Source: a virus. From it: a stretch of DNA of 64,000 nucleotides. Positions 51,664-61,204 of this stretch are shown piece after piece (position 1 is the stretch's first letter; every line of letters begins with the position of its first letter). Where the stretch lies: the IMG/VR virus record IMGVR_UViG_3300031688_000007, positions 7,215 through 71,214 of that record; one strand, given 5' to 3'. The notes under the pieces are model-generated. The model worked only from the letters and a program-made list of their open reading frames with translations. It made no database searches and was not told the DNA's origin. A program made the position numbers and the translations under genes.

Positions 51664-53673
51664 TTAGCTTAGGTTGCCAATCTTAACTCTAAGAACGCCG
51701 CCGTTGTACACCCGGATAGAATCGTTATTGATCTCAATCCTCTCATTTCCTGTACCTGTGGTTATCTGGTTTGCATATAGCGACCCTGTAGTGATCTTGC
51801 CTCCATTGATAGTTGTGGTACTAGGGGAGTAAATGTTTGTCGTGACAACACCTAGCGCATTTGATGCTGTGAGCTCTGCCCCAGTCTTAGCAGCATTCGC
51901 CTTACTAGTGGCGTCACCTGAAGCTGTTGCTTCTGCACCAGACTGGGCAGCTGCTATGGAAGTAGCAACAGGACTACCTACGGTCAGCATGCCTGATATA
52001 TTGGCAGACTTCATGTATGTGTCACTCATCCAAGTACCTGGAGGGAGCCAAGTACCACCTGCTGTAGCACACGCTGCTTGTGTCACTCCACCGGACTCTA
52101 CACCAGCAGAGGAAACACACACTCCTCCGCCTGTAACACCACCATCTGTTATGACACGAAATGGGACTGTAGTTGAAACAGTACCATCACTTTGTACCCC
52201 ACCCACTCTGAGTGAGTCAGCAGCTACAGTAAATTCACTAAACCCAGAGTCTGTAACATCATTATTAGCAGTAGAGGTTAATCCAAAACCTGCAATATGT
52301 CCTGCTGCGTTAATCTTAACTGAGTACTTAGAGTTTACTGTGGTAATCTCTGCCGAGAACTTGGTAGCTACTGCCCAGGAACTACCGCTGTATTGATACA
52401 CCTCACCAGGTATGTATGTTGCATCATTGGTACCAGTCATAGGGATCCAGAGATCGTCTACTACTGCACCTGACGGAAGAGTATGGGACACATTACTAAA
52501 TATACTACGCTTACCATCTGCTAAGTCTGCTAAGGCAAGAGTGTTTGCATTGTTACCGATCTTTACCCAGGCGGTACCGTTGTACTTGTATGTGTTGGAT
52601 ACATCAATCGTTACACCTGAGCTACCCGTCTCAGTAGTCTTTTCGATGAACAGGTCATTTGTATCCATACCGGTTAAGGCGGCACGTTGTGCAGGAGTAC
52701 CAGAGTTAACCACTACAAGTGCATCTGTCTCACTTGTAACGTACTGCACAATAGAACTGGTGCCATCAACAGTAGCACTATGTAAGTTAATAGAAGTAGT
52801 ACCATCAACTACATTAGAGATACTTGTTTCCATTGTTTGCTGAACCGTAGCAATACTATTTGCTAGCTGTTGTTGTACAGCTATAGTGTATTTACCCTGA
52901 CCATCCATAATGGACTCTACGGAGGCCATCCGTACACCATATTCGGTAGCTACTGCAGAGCCTGCAGCATTAGTTATATTGCCGGTGGTTGGATCAACTA
53001 CTACACCTGCATAGCTGAGCTTAGTTGTATTCTCTGCTCCTGCAAGCATAGCCTGTAACGCTATTTGACCAGCTTCATCTAAGTAATCACTTATCTTATT
53101 TTCTAAGGATACATTACTAGACTTAGCAAAATCAGCCAGGCCAAGTGTGTCACTGTTGTAGAGGGCAACACTTAACTTCTGTGCTAACTGGCTATTGACT
53201 GATCCAGTTAGATTACTGATGTCTCCGTCAATACCGCTACTATCAAACACTAGATCCCCAGTATCTAATCTGTACGCTAAATACTCTCGTGCAGCGTCCG
53301 CTACTGCTTTATCAGCTGCATAGCTAACTGCCGTAGCATCTAAATTAACCTGCATCGCGGCTAGTGTAGCGATGGTGGATAGCGCTTGGTGTCTTGCAGA
53401 GAACGCAGTGCCCTCCACTACAACGTTTGGATCGGCGTTTGCCCACAGTTGTGCGAGATCCCTATAGTTCTCGGCTACAATAGCCTGTATAGCTGCAGCA
53501 CTACTTGAGGCTGCTGCGCCTGTTACACTTGCACCGACAGTTGCAGCATGAGTTGTAGCTAGGTTTGCAGATGATTCTGCAATAGCTACCTTATTCTGTA
53601 CCTCAACAGCTGCAGTAGCTGCGAGGTTTGCTTCAGTTGCTGCTAATGCTGCGTATTCTGCTGCTGTAGTCAT
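51664..53673 (-). CDS. tail spike/fibre with lambda-J-like C-terminal region
   Basis: Ala-rich coiled coil; YSVKINAAGHIAGFGL, F.V.AD, I.GGKITTG, I.VY..GVLRVKIGNL. Confidence 0.7.
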   Translation of the reverse strand: MTTAAEYAALAATEANLAATAAVEVQNKVAIAESSANLATTHAATVGASVTGAAASSSAAAIQAIVAENYRDLAQLWANADPNVVVEGTAFSARHQALSTIATLAAMQVNLDATAVSYAADKAVADAAREYLAYRLDTGDLVFDSSGIDGDISNLTGSVNSQLAQKLSVALYNSDTLGLADFAKSSNVSLENKISDYLDEAGQIALQAMLAGAENTTKLSYAGVVVDPTTGNITNAAGSAVATEYGVRMASVESIMDGQGKYTIAVQQQLANSIATVQQTMETSISNVVDGTTSINLHSATVDGTSSIVQYVTSETDALVVVNSGTPAQRAALTGMDTNDLFIEKTTETGSSGVTIDVSNTYKYNGTAWVKIGNNANTLALADLADGKRSIFSNVSHTLPSGAVVDDLWIPMTGTNDATYIPGEVYQYSGSSWAVATKFSAEITTVNSKYSVKINAAGHIAGFGLTSTANNDVTDSGFSEFTVAADSLRVGGVQSDGTVSTTVPFRVITDGGVTGGGVCVSSAGVESGGVTQAACATAGGTWLPPGTWMSDTYMKSANISGMLTVGSPVATSIAAAQSGAEATASGDATSKANAAKTGAELTASNALGVVTTNIYSPSTTTINGGKITTGSLYANQITTGTGNERIEINNDSIRVYNGGVLRVKIGNLS

Positions 53674-53682
53674 GTTCTGTCT

Positions 53683-55275
53683 CTACACAATATATGAATC
53701 GTAGTATGAGGAAATGTCATCGTCATCGTCGTCCCATATTACAGAGTTATCACTGCCAAGGGAAGACTGCACCTCCTGGCTAGGTCTCCACGAGTTAAGT
53801 GAGCCAAGCATTGAGATGGTATCAATGAAGTCATCGTGCTTGCTCTTAAAGCCTGCAGCTGACGCTAATGATAGCTCATCTATTGCTTCTACAATGATTG
53901 GATCGTGCTTCATCTCCTCAGGGAACCAGATCTTCTTCATCTTGAACCAAGGTAACACAATGTTGAATCGCTGCATCTTGTTAGTAGACGGACGTATCCC
54001 AGGTCTATTACTGTTGCCCTCAGAGGCTAGTGTGAAGTAGTTGTTACGGTTGGTCATCTCACGTTGGATCCATTGGATAAATCCTCCCTGCTGGCCAGTC
54101 ACTTCCACCCCAACCTGCTGTGGTTTGTACATCTGAGCCAAACGGAATAGATCATCAATGTTTTGATCCATAAGCTGACGCTTACAGATACCATCGACCC
54201 ATAACCAGTCACCGTTACTGTTGAGGGCCCACACCGATATAACACTATAGTCAGCACTACTTTTCTCGCTCGTAGCAAAGTCAGTAGTTATATAGAAATT
54301 ATAAGCACCTTTGTTCTTAAGAAGTCCCTTACGCTCGTACCAAATGATGTCTCCGTTCTGCACCAGTCTGTCTTCGTCAGACATGATGCGCAACATGAGC
54401 TCCTGGTTGAAGGAAGCGATCTGACCGGTCTTCACTGCACGGTTGTACTGCTCTTCTATGTACTCGTAGGTGAATCGGTCATCCCAAGCACCTCTGAAGT
54501 CCTCCCTACTACATGGGAACTTCTCACATACCGGGAATACGTTCACACTCCAGGCACCAGACTCAACAGCCTTATACAATGGATCCTTAGAGTTAAATGG
54601 AGTACCTGACCAGATAATCCTGCGACGCATTGGATGTAGAGCGTAGTTGATGGCCTTATAAACAGTATCTTCAATGGATTTAATAACCGTTGGAGACCGT
54701 GCATCCTCATCCGACACCAAGTCATCCAATATAGCTAAGGTAGGTCTCTTACCCATCTCCTTACTACCACGAACACCCGTACTTGCACCGTAACCTTTTA
54801 CGATAAACGTCTTACCTTCTGAATTCCGGAATTCCCAACGAATATCCGTGAACTTAGTAAAGGGAACATAAATTTTAAGAAAATCACTATTCTCATAACG
54901 ATACTCCAAATTCTTCCGCATGTTTTTAACGCCGTTCTCTATACTGTCAGAAACATATAACGCTAAATCAACATCAAACTCTGGGAATCCACCATAAGTT
55001 GCAATATATAAGAATAAATACTCACCCATTAGTGTTGTTTTAGCAGATCCACGGAATAACATATTTAATATGTCGGCATCACCCGTCGCAATCTGATCTA
55101 ACATTTTATAATGAAGGACTGGAGTTTTATTCTCCTCACCTTCTGCTCCATTAACTAGTTTAATAAAGTTAACGAACTCTAAAGCAAAACTACTCGGAAC
55201 ATAATAAGGATCTGTGTCGAAACTAACATTATTAACTAACTCTTCGACTGATTGTGGTGCAGTATTTAATGACAT
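53683..55275 (-). CDS. terL: terminase large subunit (N4 gp68-like)
   Basis: FRGSAKTT, ILDDL, GTPF, TTDFATS, HDDFIDTISML. Confidence 0.95.
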   Translation of the reverse strand: MSLNTAPQSVEELVNNVSFDTDPYYVPSSFALEFVNFIKLVNGAEGEENKTPVLHYKMLDQIATGDADILNMLFRGSAKTTLMGEYLFLYIATYGGFPEFDVDLALYVSDSIENGVKNMRKNLEYRYENSDFLKIYVPFTKFTDIRWEFRNSEGKTFIVKGYGASTGVRGSKEMGKRPTLAILDDLVSDEDARSPTVIKSIEDTVYKAINYALHPMRRRIIWSGTPFNSKDPLYKAVESGAWSVNVFPVCEKFPCSREDFRGAWDDRFTYEYIEEQYNRAVKTGQIASFNQELMLRIMSDEDRLVQNGDIIWYERKGLLKNKGAYNFYITTDFATSEKSSADYSVISVWALNSNGDWLWVDGICKRQLMDQNIDDLFRLAQMYKPQQVGVEVTGQQGGFIQWIQREMTNRNNYFTLASEGNSNRPGIRPSTNKMQRFNIVLPWFKMKKIWFPEEMKHDPIIVEAIDELSLASAAGFKSKHDDFIDTISMLGSLNSWRPSQEVQSSLGSDNSVIWDDDDDDISSYYDSYIV

Positions 55276-55535
55276 AGATTTTCCTGCGTAAAAATAAAAA
55301 CATTATGAGCTGTTTCCATCTTTTTTAATAAAAAAATAAATTCGTCTTCACTTGTGCATTTAATAATTTTCTTAGATTCTGTATATTCAATTAAAACTAT
55401 TAGATCCATAAAACAAAGGGAAAAGTTTTTAATTGTACAAAAATCGTACACCTCTCCATTAATCGAGAAGCTTTCCTCATGTAAATTAGTTAAAAAGTCC
55501 AGCAAACTTTTCCCAACCACTTTTAGGCTGCACAT
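55266..55535 (-). CDS. hypothetical protein (very AT-rich)
   Basis: 89-aa ORF overlapping both neighbours. Confidence 0.45.
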   Translation of the reverse strand: MCSLKVVGKSLLDFLTNLHEESFSINGEVYDFCTIKNFSLCFMDLIVLIEYTESKKIIKCTSEDEFIFLLKKMETAHNVFIFTQENLCH

Positions 55536-56148
55536 CCTTCACCACCGTAGGCGGATTTTGTGTGCGGTCATTGATATTATCAGTAACAAATTGCATCTGA
55601 CTTGCTTGGAGATCTGTCATGGGAGGGACGTTAGGACGAGCTGTATTATTGATATCAGCATACTGATTGTCACGCTGACGGATAAGCCCCTCTTCCTGCT
55701 CATGTGAGATGCCAGGGAAGTTGAACACACTATGTGACCCTTCATGGCGCAACACCTCAGAGAGAGGCATCTGGGGCTGCTCAATAGCATTACCGGACAC
55801 GAACACCCTACCACCAGAATGACCACCCCAAACATCAGTCTCAGACCCACCTAAAGGCAAGTAATCATTCTCTGTTCCAAAGGGTACATCCAGGTTACCA
55901 GACTTGATATTTTCAAGACCAGCCTTGCTCCAATCGTCCATACTATAGTCATCAGTTTCAAACTGAAGAGTATCCAACATTTTACCCTTCTGAGCAGTAT
56001 TCACGTCCTGTAACTGCTGAAACACCTCTGGGTCACCCTTCTGAATCATCTGCACATTGGCAGCATATTCTTCATAGGGCATTAATCCATCAGTATACTG
56101 GCTAAACAAATCAGTCAATACACCCTGTAACCCAGAGATTCCGGCCAT
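55486..56148 (-). CDS. putative zincin-like (HExxH) protein
   Basis: GGRVFV...EVLRHEGSH...HEQEE; start overlaps terS stop. Confidence 0.55.
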   Translation of the reverse strand: MAGISGLQGVLTDLFSQYTDGLMPYEEYAANVQMIQKGDPEVFQQLQDVNTAQKGKMLDTLQFETDDYSMDDWSKAGLENIKSGNLDVPFGTENDYLPLGGSETDVWGGHSGGRVFVSGNAIEQPQMPLSEVLRHEGSHSVFNFPGISHEQEEGLIRQRDNQYADINNTARPNVPPMTDLQASQMQFVTDNINDRTQNPPTVVKDVQPKSGWEKFAGLFN

Positions 56149-56867
56149 TACTCTACCACCTCACCTTCTATAATTTGACTATGAGCGACTTCTTTCGCAT
56201 TCATCATCCCCGACTTTATCATATCCCGCTGGCTCGCGGCTAGAGCCATAGTAGCCTGACGCAGATCATTGATGGTTTTATCTTCTTTTAAACCAACATC
56301 TAACTCAATCTTAGTAACCTCAGGTCTCTTAAGATGGGTCAGGAGACTATTCGCAGCATCACTCCGAACCTTCTCACTATTGGCATGAACCATCAACTCA
56401 GCTTGCACATTAAGCGCCTTCTGGAACACATCAGCATTCAGGATATGGGACGGTATAAGCGTCTGCTCATAGATCTTATTAACTAGCTGGTTCTTGTTGT
56501 AGGCAGACGCATACGCACTAACCCTATGGTCATCGACACCATCATTCAGGAGTCTCTGGTACCGCTCAGGGAACGTCTTCACATATGATTCTAGATTGGT
56601 TGAGCCAAGCATCTTATGACTCACATACTTCACAGCAGAGACATAATCCTCCACCTTGTACCGGCCTTGCGCCAGCACACTTGCATACCCTATCAGGTTC
56701 TCACGGAACTCTACTCTCGTAGATTGCTCCTGAAGCAGACCATTGATACTACCCATAAGCTCATCGCTTATACGGCCCTTCATAGCCTTAGGCAGAGTAG
56801 CTTTAAACTCCTCCTTAGACAGATATACCTCTTTAACTTCTGTATTTGGATCCATAGATAACACCAT
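56148..56867 (-). CDS. terminase small subunit (N4 gp69-like)
   Basis: Y..AVKYVS.K, Y.KTFPERY, YNK..LVNKI.EQ, SEKVRSDAANSLLTHLK.PE. Confidence 0.85.
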   Translation of the reverse strand: MVLSMDPNTEVKEVYLSKEEFKATLPKAMKGRISDELMGSINGLLQEQSTRVEFRENLIGYASVLAQGRYKVEDYVSAVKYVSHKMLGSTNLESYVKTFPERYQRLLNDGVDDHRVSAYASAYNKNQLVNKIYEQTLIPSHILNADVFQKALNVQAELMVHANSEKVRSDAANSLLTHLKRPEVTKIELDVGLKEDKTINDLRQATMALAASQRDMIKSGMMNAKEVAHSQIIEGEVVE

Positions 56868-57224
56868 ATAATTTATAATACAGTTATAGTCTAATAGATA
56901 AGTACCAAATAAGCTACTCGTAGTCGTAAGGCTTTCGCTACGCTTCGCCTTACTCCTACTCGCTTCTTATAAGGTACTTGAACAAAGCCTTAAGCTAAGA
57001 GAAGGATCACCTCCTGAAGAACTACCTTAACAGTAGTAGTGTAACTATATAGTACTTACCTACTACCACTAATACAAGCTAAATACACACATACTATATA
57101 ACAGTAACAGCTAATACAGGTATTTAGAAGAAAATTATTATTAGGTATGGGTACAGTACTAATAGCCCACAGCAACAACTAACAGAACACCCCCCCTCAT
57201 TAATCTGACCTTAACGTCCCTTAA

Positions 57225-57249
57225 CCATATGGTACTGGCAATCATGCCA
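57225..57249 (+). promoter_or_regulatory. putative early promoter motif copy 1 (CCATATGGTACTGGCA + small hairpin)
   Basis: Shared with 57566; precedes first + strand gene. Confidence 0.45.
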
Positions 57250-57267
57250 CATCCTAGGAGCATCACC

Positions 57268-57462
57268 ATGTTAAAGTTTATCTCATCCACAGTTGGCAGC
57301 ACCACTCATACTATCACCTCTGTACTAGAGCTAGTAGATATCAACCTATACGTAGCCATCGAAGAGTCTACCCATGACGCAGTCGTAGACATCGCTAAGC
57401 TATCCTCATCACCAGAGGAACGTGCATCACTACGAAGCCTTATAGCAAGTAGACGTGCATAA
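57268..57462 (+). CDS. early hypothetical protein
   Basis: AGGAG RBS before ATG 57268; followed by terminator. Confidence 0.7.
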   Translation: MLKFISSTVGSTTHTITSVLELVDINLYVAIEESTHDAVVDIAKLSSSPEERASLRSLIASRRA

Positions 57463-57468
57463 TTCTAA

Positions 57469-57493
57469 TCCTACCTTCGGGTAGGGTTTTTTT
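57469..57493 (+). terminator. Rho-independent terminator
   Basis: CCTACC-TTCG-GGTAGG-GTTTTTTT. Confidence 0.9.
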
Positions 57494-57565
57494 ATAGACA
57501 CTCTAACACTAGACACCTACACACTCCCACGATAGTTACGTTGCCTGTTAAATCTAATATCCTTT

Positions 57566-57592
57566 CCATATGGTGTTGGCACAATCCGTGTC
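57566..57592 (+). promoter_or_regulatory. putative early promoter motif copy 2 (CCATATGGTGTTGGCA + small hairpin)
   Basis: 14/16 identical to 57225-57240. Confidence 0.45.
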
Positions 57593-57617
57593 TTATACCA
57601 TTAAGGAAGTAATTGTT

Positions 57618-57977
57618 ATGATCAAATCTAAAGCAGTATCTAAGAAAGCTCCAGTAATCAAAGCTAATCCAGCACCTGGTGTATTCATTTACGATAGTGA
57701 AGGTAATAAGTGTGGAATTATTAATCTACACGTAGCAGCTAAAGAGTCATGGGATACCATTGACGGTGAGTACTTTGCTAAGTATGAAGCTAAGCTGGGA
57801 TATGACGTCCGTGAGAAGGGAACCATAGTGTTTCGTATGAATAACGCGGGTCGTAAGATCACATTAGGCTGGTTGAACGGTTCTGAGGAAGGTAAGAGCA
57901 TGTTCATTCAGAAGTTAGGTAAGGAAGATTTGTTCTTTAACCGAGCATTGTCTGCAGACGACATCAACGCAGATTAA
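57618..57977 (+). CDS. early hypothetical protein
   Basis: TAAGGA RBS before ATG 57618. Confidence 0.75.
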   Translation: MIKSKAVSKKAPVIKANPAPGVFIYDSEGNKCGIINLHVAAKESWDTIDGEYFAKYEAKLGYDVREKGTIVFRMNNAGRKITLGWLNGSEEGKSMFIQKLGKEDLFFNRALSADDINAD

Positions 57978-57981
57978 TAGG

Positions 57982-58018
57982 AACAGGGACTGGGCGTAAG
58001 CTTGGTCTCTTGTTTTTT
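57982..58018 (+). terminator. Rho-independent terminator
   Basis: GGGACTGGGC-GTAA-GCTTGGTCTC then TTGTTTTTT. Confidence 0.75.
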
Positions 58019-58045
58019 ATATATAAGCCAAATTAGGGGCAAGTT

Positions 58046-58315
58046 ATGAGACGTAAAATAGAACGTAGTACTAAAGTCAAGGGTAGTAATAACACTATAT
58101 TGATGGTGTTGTTTCTTACATGTATGACTATTATGATAACTGCAGGTATCGCAGCTATTGTGATATTAGCAGATACAGGGATTAAGTCTTTTGTATCTTA
58201 TCAAGATCAGTATGACATTCAGAATGAGTGTATTGCTGACCTAGTGTCTAATGGGATACCTCGTAAAGATATAACCAGGACTGAGAACGGATGTGCGTTC
58301 AACATTGGAGAATGA
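58046..58315 (+). CDS. membrane protein
   Basis: One TM segment, C..........C C-terminus. Confidence 0.7.
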   Translation: MRRKIERSTKVKGSNNTILMVLFLTCMTIMITAGIAAIVILADTGIKSFVSYQDQYDIQNECIADLVSNGIPRKDITRTENGCAFNIGE

Positions 58316-58316
58316 T

Positions 58317-58481
58317 ATGTTTGTATTTGAACCAGTAACGATGGACGGTGAGTTAGCTGAAGAGCGATTTCACGAACAAGAGTGGGATAAAGAGGAATAT
58401 GATCGTATATTCAAGTTTGTATCTCCATTTAAGATGCTGAAGGGCAAGACTACTGCCTTAGAGCTCGAAAATGACCGCTAG
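58317..58481 (+). CDS. hypothetical protein
   Basis: GGAG RBS before ATG 58317. Confidence 0.55.
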   Translation: MFVFEPVTMDGELAEERFHEQEWDKEEYDRIFKFVSPFKMLKGKTTALELENDR

Positions 58482-58493
58482 TGAAGAAGTTAG

Positions 58494-58530
58494 AGTCTAC
58501 CTATACCAAGTGTAGGGGTAGGCTTTATTC
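58494..58530 (+). terminator. probable terminator hairpin
   Basis: AGTCTACC...GGTAGGCT followed by TTATTCTTCTT. Confidence 0.5.
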
Positions 58531-58568
58531 TTCTTGTAAGATAGTTAAGATAGTTACAGGAGCATGTT

Positions 58569-58745
58569 ATGGAAGAGCATCATTTCACAGTTAAGGGGTT
58601 CCAGTTTAAGTATGTGAACCAGGGACTACTATTTTATTCAAACGATGATTGGCGGTTAGACGGAGAGTACGACACTCTAGAGCTAGCTAAAGCAGGTGCT
58701 GAAGAGATTGTAGGAGATTACTATGATATGCAGGCACATTTGTGA
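58569..58745 (+). CDS. hypothetical protein (58 aa)
   Basis: Hand-translated MEEHHFTVKG...YDMQAHL*, AGGAG RBS. Confidence 0.65.
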   Translation: MEEHHFTVKGFQFKYVNQGLLFYSNDDWRLDGEYDTLELAKAGAEEIVGDYYDMQAHL

Positions 58746-58971
58746 GTGTAAGAAGCTTGTAGTTAAGATAAACCTGTTGAAGCCAGTGGAAGTGGCTGAG
58801 ATCAGCGGGTTTATGAGGGATACGACTGGAGTGTGTACTCAGCAGGCCAAGGATTACTGGGCTATGCGGACAATCCAGATCAATTGGGGTACTTCGTCCG
58901 AGGTGCTAACCATACACCGTGATGCATTGTCAGATGTATTACAACACGTTACAGAAGACGTGCCTTTCTAG
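58723..58971 (+). CDS. hypothetical protein
   Basis: AGGAG RBS, 82 aa. Confidence 0.6.
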   Translation: MICRHICECKKLVVKINLLKPVEVAEISGFMRDTTGVCTQQAKDYWAMRTIQINWGTSSEVLTIHRDALSDVLQHVTEDVPF

Positions 58972-58980
58972 GGAACTACC

Positions 58981-59847
58981 ATGAACCAACAAAAGCTTAT
59001 AGAGACTACGTACTCTAGACGGGGTCTTATGGCCTCGTTAAAAGATGATGTGTGTTTAGAAGATATAACAGACCTTATATATTCTATAGAAACCTACCTA
59101 AATCAGCAGTATTCCTATGACAGCAAGAATGTTCGTGTAAGCGAAATAAGAGTTGAGTCATTGGACATTGCGTATCAGCTGGCAGCTAGTGTAATGCGCT
59201 GTAATGGTGTTATTACTCCTATCCAGGGGATATGTAGCTCATTGGCGCCGTTACTCAACGATAAGTTGTTAGACGGTGTGCGTACAGCTGCTGAAATCAT
59301 CGCAGTGTGTGAAGGTAAGCTGTATGACCTGCTAGCACATGACTATGAGGAGAATCCTACCGGTACGTTAGCTATTGAGCCAAAGATCAAGGCCAGTTTA
59401 GACGTGTTGAGTAGGATTGAGGAGTTTATGTATGTGCCACCAATGGTACTGACTCCGAAGCCATGGAGATCTAACACGGGGGGTGGTCACTACACTCAAG
59501 AAGAGAGCTGTATTTTAGGTAACCATAACCATCACAAGGGTGCTCAAGCATTGGACTGTTTGAATATCCTGCAAGAGATTGAGTGGGAGCTTGACCCAGA
59601 TATCATGCACCTTAGGGAGAAGCCCAATAAGGTATTGAATACCCCAGAAAAGATCATGCAATTCAAGGTTATGAGGATTACAAGTTCTAGAGTATATAAA
59701 GAATATAGCAGTATTCCCTTCTACTTCATGTGGAAGTTTGATAAGCGAGGAAGGATGTACTCTTCAGGTTATCACATTAATTTCCAGAGCACTGATTATA
59801 AGAAGGCTCTATTATCCTTTACAAAACAAGAGGTTATAACACTATGA
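58981..59847 (+). CDS. RNA polymerase II subunit 1 (N4 gp15-like)
   Basis: PPMV..P, KFDKRGRMY..GYH.N.Q..DYKKA (DxRGR motif). Confidence 0.92.
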   Translation: MNQQKLIETTYSRRGLMASLKDDVCLEDITDLIYSIETYLNQQYSYDSKNVRVSEIRVESLDIAYQLAASVMRCNGVITPIQGICSSLAPLLNDKLLDGVRTAAEIIAVCEGKLYDLLAHDYEENPTGTLAIEPKIKASLDVLSRIEEFMYVPPMVLTPKPWRSNTGGGHYTQEESCILGNHNHHKGAQALDCLNILQEIEWELDPDIMHLREKPNKVLNTPEKIMQFKVMRITSSRVYKEYSSIPFYFMWKFDKRGRMYSSGYHINFQSTDYKKALLSFTKQEVITL

Positions 59848-60200
59848 TCAAAATTATAATTGCAGGTGGTCGTGACTATATCAACCTAGACAATATGGAG
59901 GAGGTGTTCCTAGCCAACTTTAGTAAGTATACGAATGATGAGGTAGCTATTGTGTCAGGTATGGCACAAGGAGCAGACATCACAGGCGTAGCGTTAGCCA
60001 ATCAGTATAACTTAGTTATACACCAGTACCCTGCATTATGGCATGTGTACGGTAGGTCAGCGGGCTATAAGCGCAATGTGCAGATGGCAGAGAATGCTAC
60101 TCACTTACTGGCCTTCTGGGATGGTGTATCGAAGGGTACTGAGCATATGATCAACATCGCTAGACGTATGGGCTTAGAGACCATTATTGTTAAATATTAA
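59844..60200 (+). CDS. SLOG-superfamily (DUF2493/YspA-like) protein
   Basis: IIIAGGRDY, IVSGMAQGAD, AG..RN..MA, AFWDG.SKGT.HMI. Confidence 0.85.
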   Translation: MIKIIIAGGRDYINLDNMEEVFLANFSKYTNDEVAIVSGMAQGADITGVALANQYNLVIHQYPALWHVYGRSAGYKRNVQMAENATHLLAFWDGVSKGTEHMINIARRMGLETIIVKY

Positions 60201-60210
60201 GGGGAACACT

Positions 60211-61194
60211 ATGCAAGAATTCACAGGTATCGAGTATATCAAGATAGCAGCTGCCAACGAGTTTGGTATGGACAAATTGTCATGGAAGGACAGAATCTTC
60301 TGGTTTGACTACAACGAGCGTGACTTGTTGAATCTAGTAGACCAGGCTGCTAATAAGTTCTTGTTCACAAAAGCTATAAATGCGTACATGAGTGCAATCA
60401 TAGGTACTCCAACGGGGTACATTATGGCATTAGACGCTACTGCTTCAGGACTTCAGATCATGGCATGCCTATCGGGCTGCAAGAAGACTGCAGCTGCGGT
60501 TAACCTTATTGATACAGGTAAGCGTGAGGATGTTTACACTGAAGTAGCAGATGGAATGAACCTGCTCTTAGATCCAACAGAAGCCGTTGTAAGGGCTGAT
60601 GTTAAGAAGCCTGTAATGACCCACTATTATAATAAGTCTGCGCAGGAGAGCCTTACGCCAGCTAGAGAAGCAGCATTTCATAACGTCCTTAACTCCTCAT
60701 TCGCAGGAGCAGAGGATGTAATGGAATTCATTAATGATTGCTGGGACTCCAGTGCCTTGTACCACAAGTGGGGTACACCTGATGGGCATGTTGCTAGGGT
60801 TAAGGTTGTAGAAGCTGTAGATACTCGTATTGAGGTCGATGAGCTTGATCATACTACCTTCACTTATCGTTATACGAATAACCAACCTAGTGCGAAGCAC
60901 ACCTCATTATGTCCTAACTATATCCATAGTTTAGATGCGTGGGTAGCTCGTATGATGGTACGTATGGCACATCAGCAAGGGTTCCAGTTAGCTCATATAC
61001 ATGACTCATTCTGGGCATCACCAAACCATATGAATAAGGTGCGTAATAATTATAGAATTATACTCGCACAGCTTGCTGACTCTGACGCACTTAAAACATT
61101 TATCAAAGATGTTACTGGTGAAGATATTCAATTGGTGAAGGATTCAGCTGATTTAAGTAAGTATATTCTAAAGTCTGAATATGCTTTGTCTTAA
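60211..61194 (+). CDS. RNA polymerase II subunit 2 (N4 gp16-like)
   Basis: Motif A LDATASG, motif B R..VK..VMT.YY, NYIHSLD, motif C IHDSF, ends SEYALS. Confidence 0.93.
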   Translation: MQEFTGIEYIKIAAANEFGMDKLSWKDRIFWFDYNERDLLNLVDQAANKFLFTKAINAYMSAIIGTPTGYIMALDATASGLQIMACLSGCKKTAAAVNLIDTGKREDVYTEVADGMNLLLDPTEAVVRADVKKPVMTHYYNKSAQESLTPAREAAFHNVLNSSFAGAEDVMEFINDCWDSSALYHKWGTPDGHVARVKVVEAVDTRIEVDELDHTTFTYRYTNNQPSAKHTSLCPNYIHSLDAWVARMMVRMAHQQGFQLAHIHDSFWASPNHMNKVRNNYRIILAQLADSDALKTFIKDVTGEDIQLVKDSADLSKYILKSEYALS

Positions 61195-61204
61195 ATAAAA
61201 CAAG

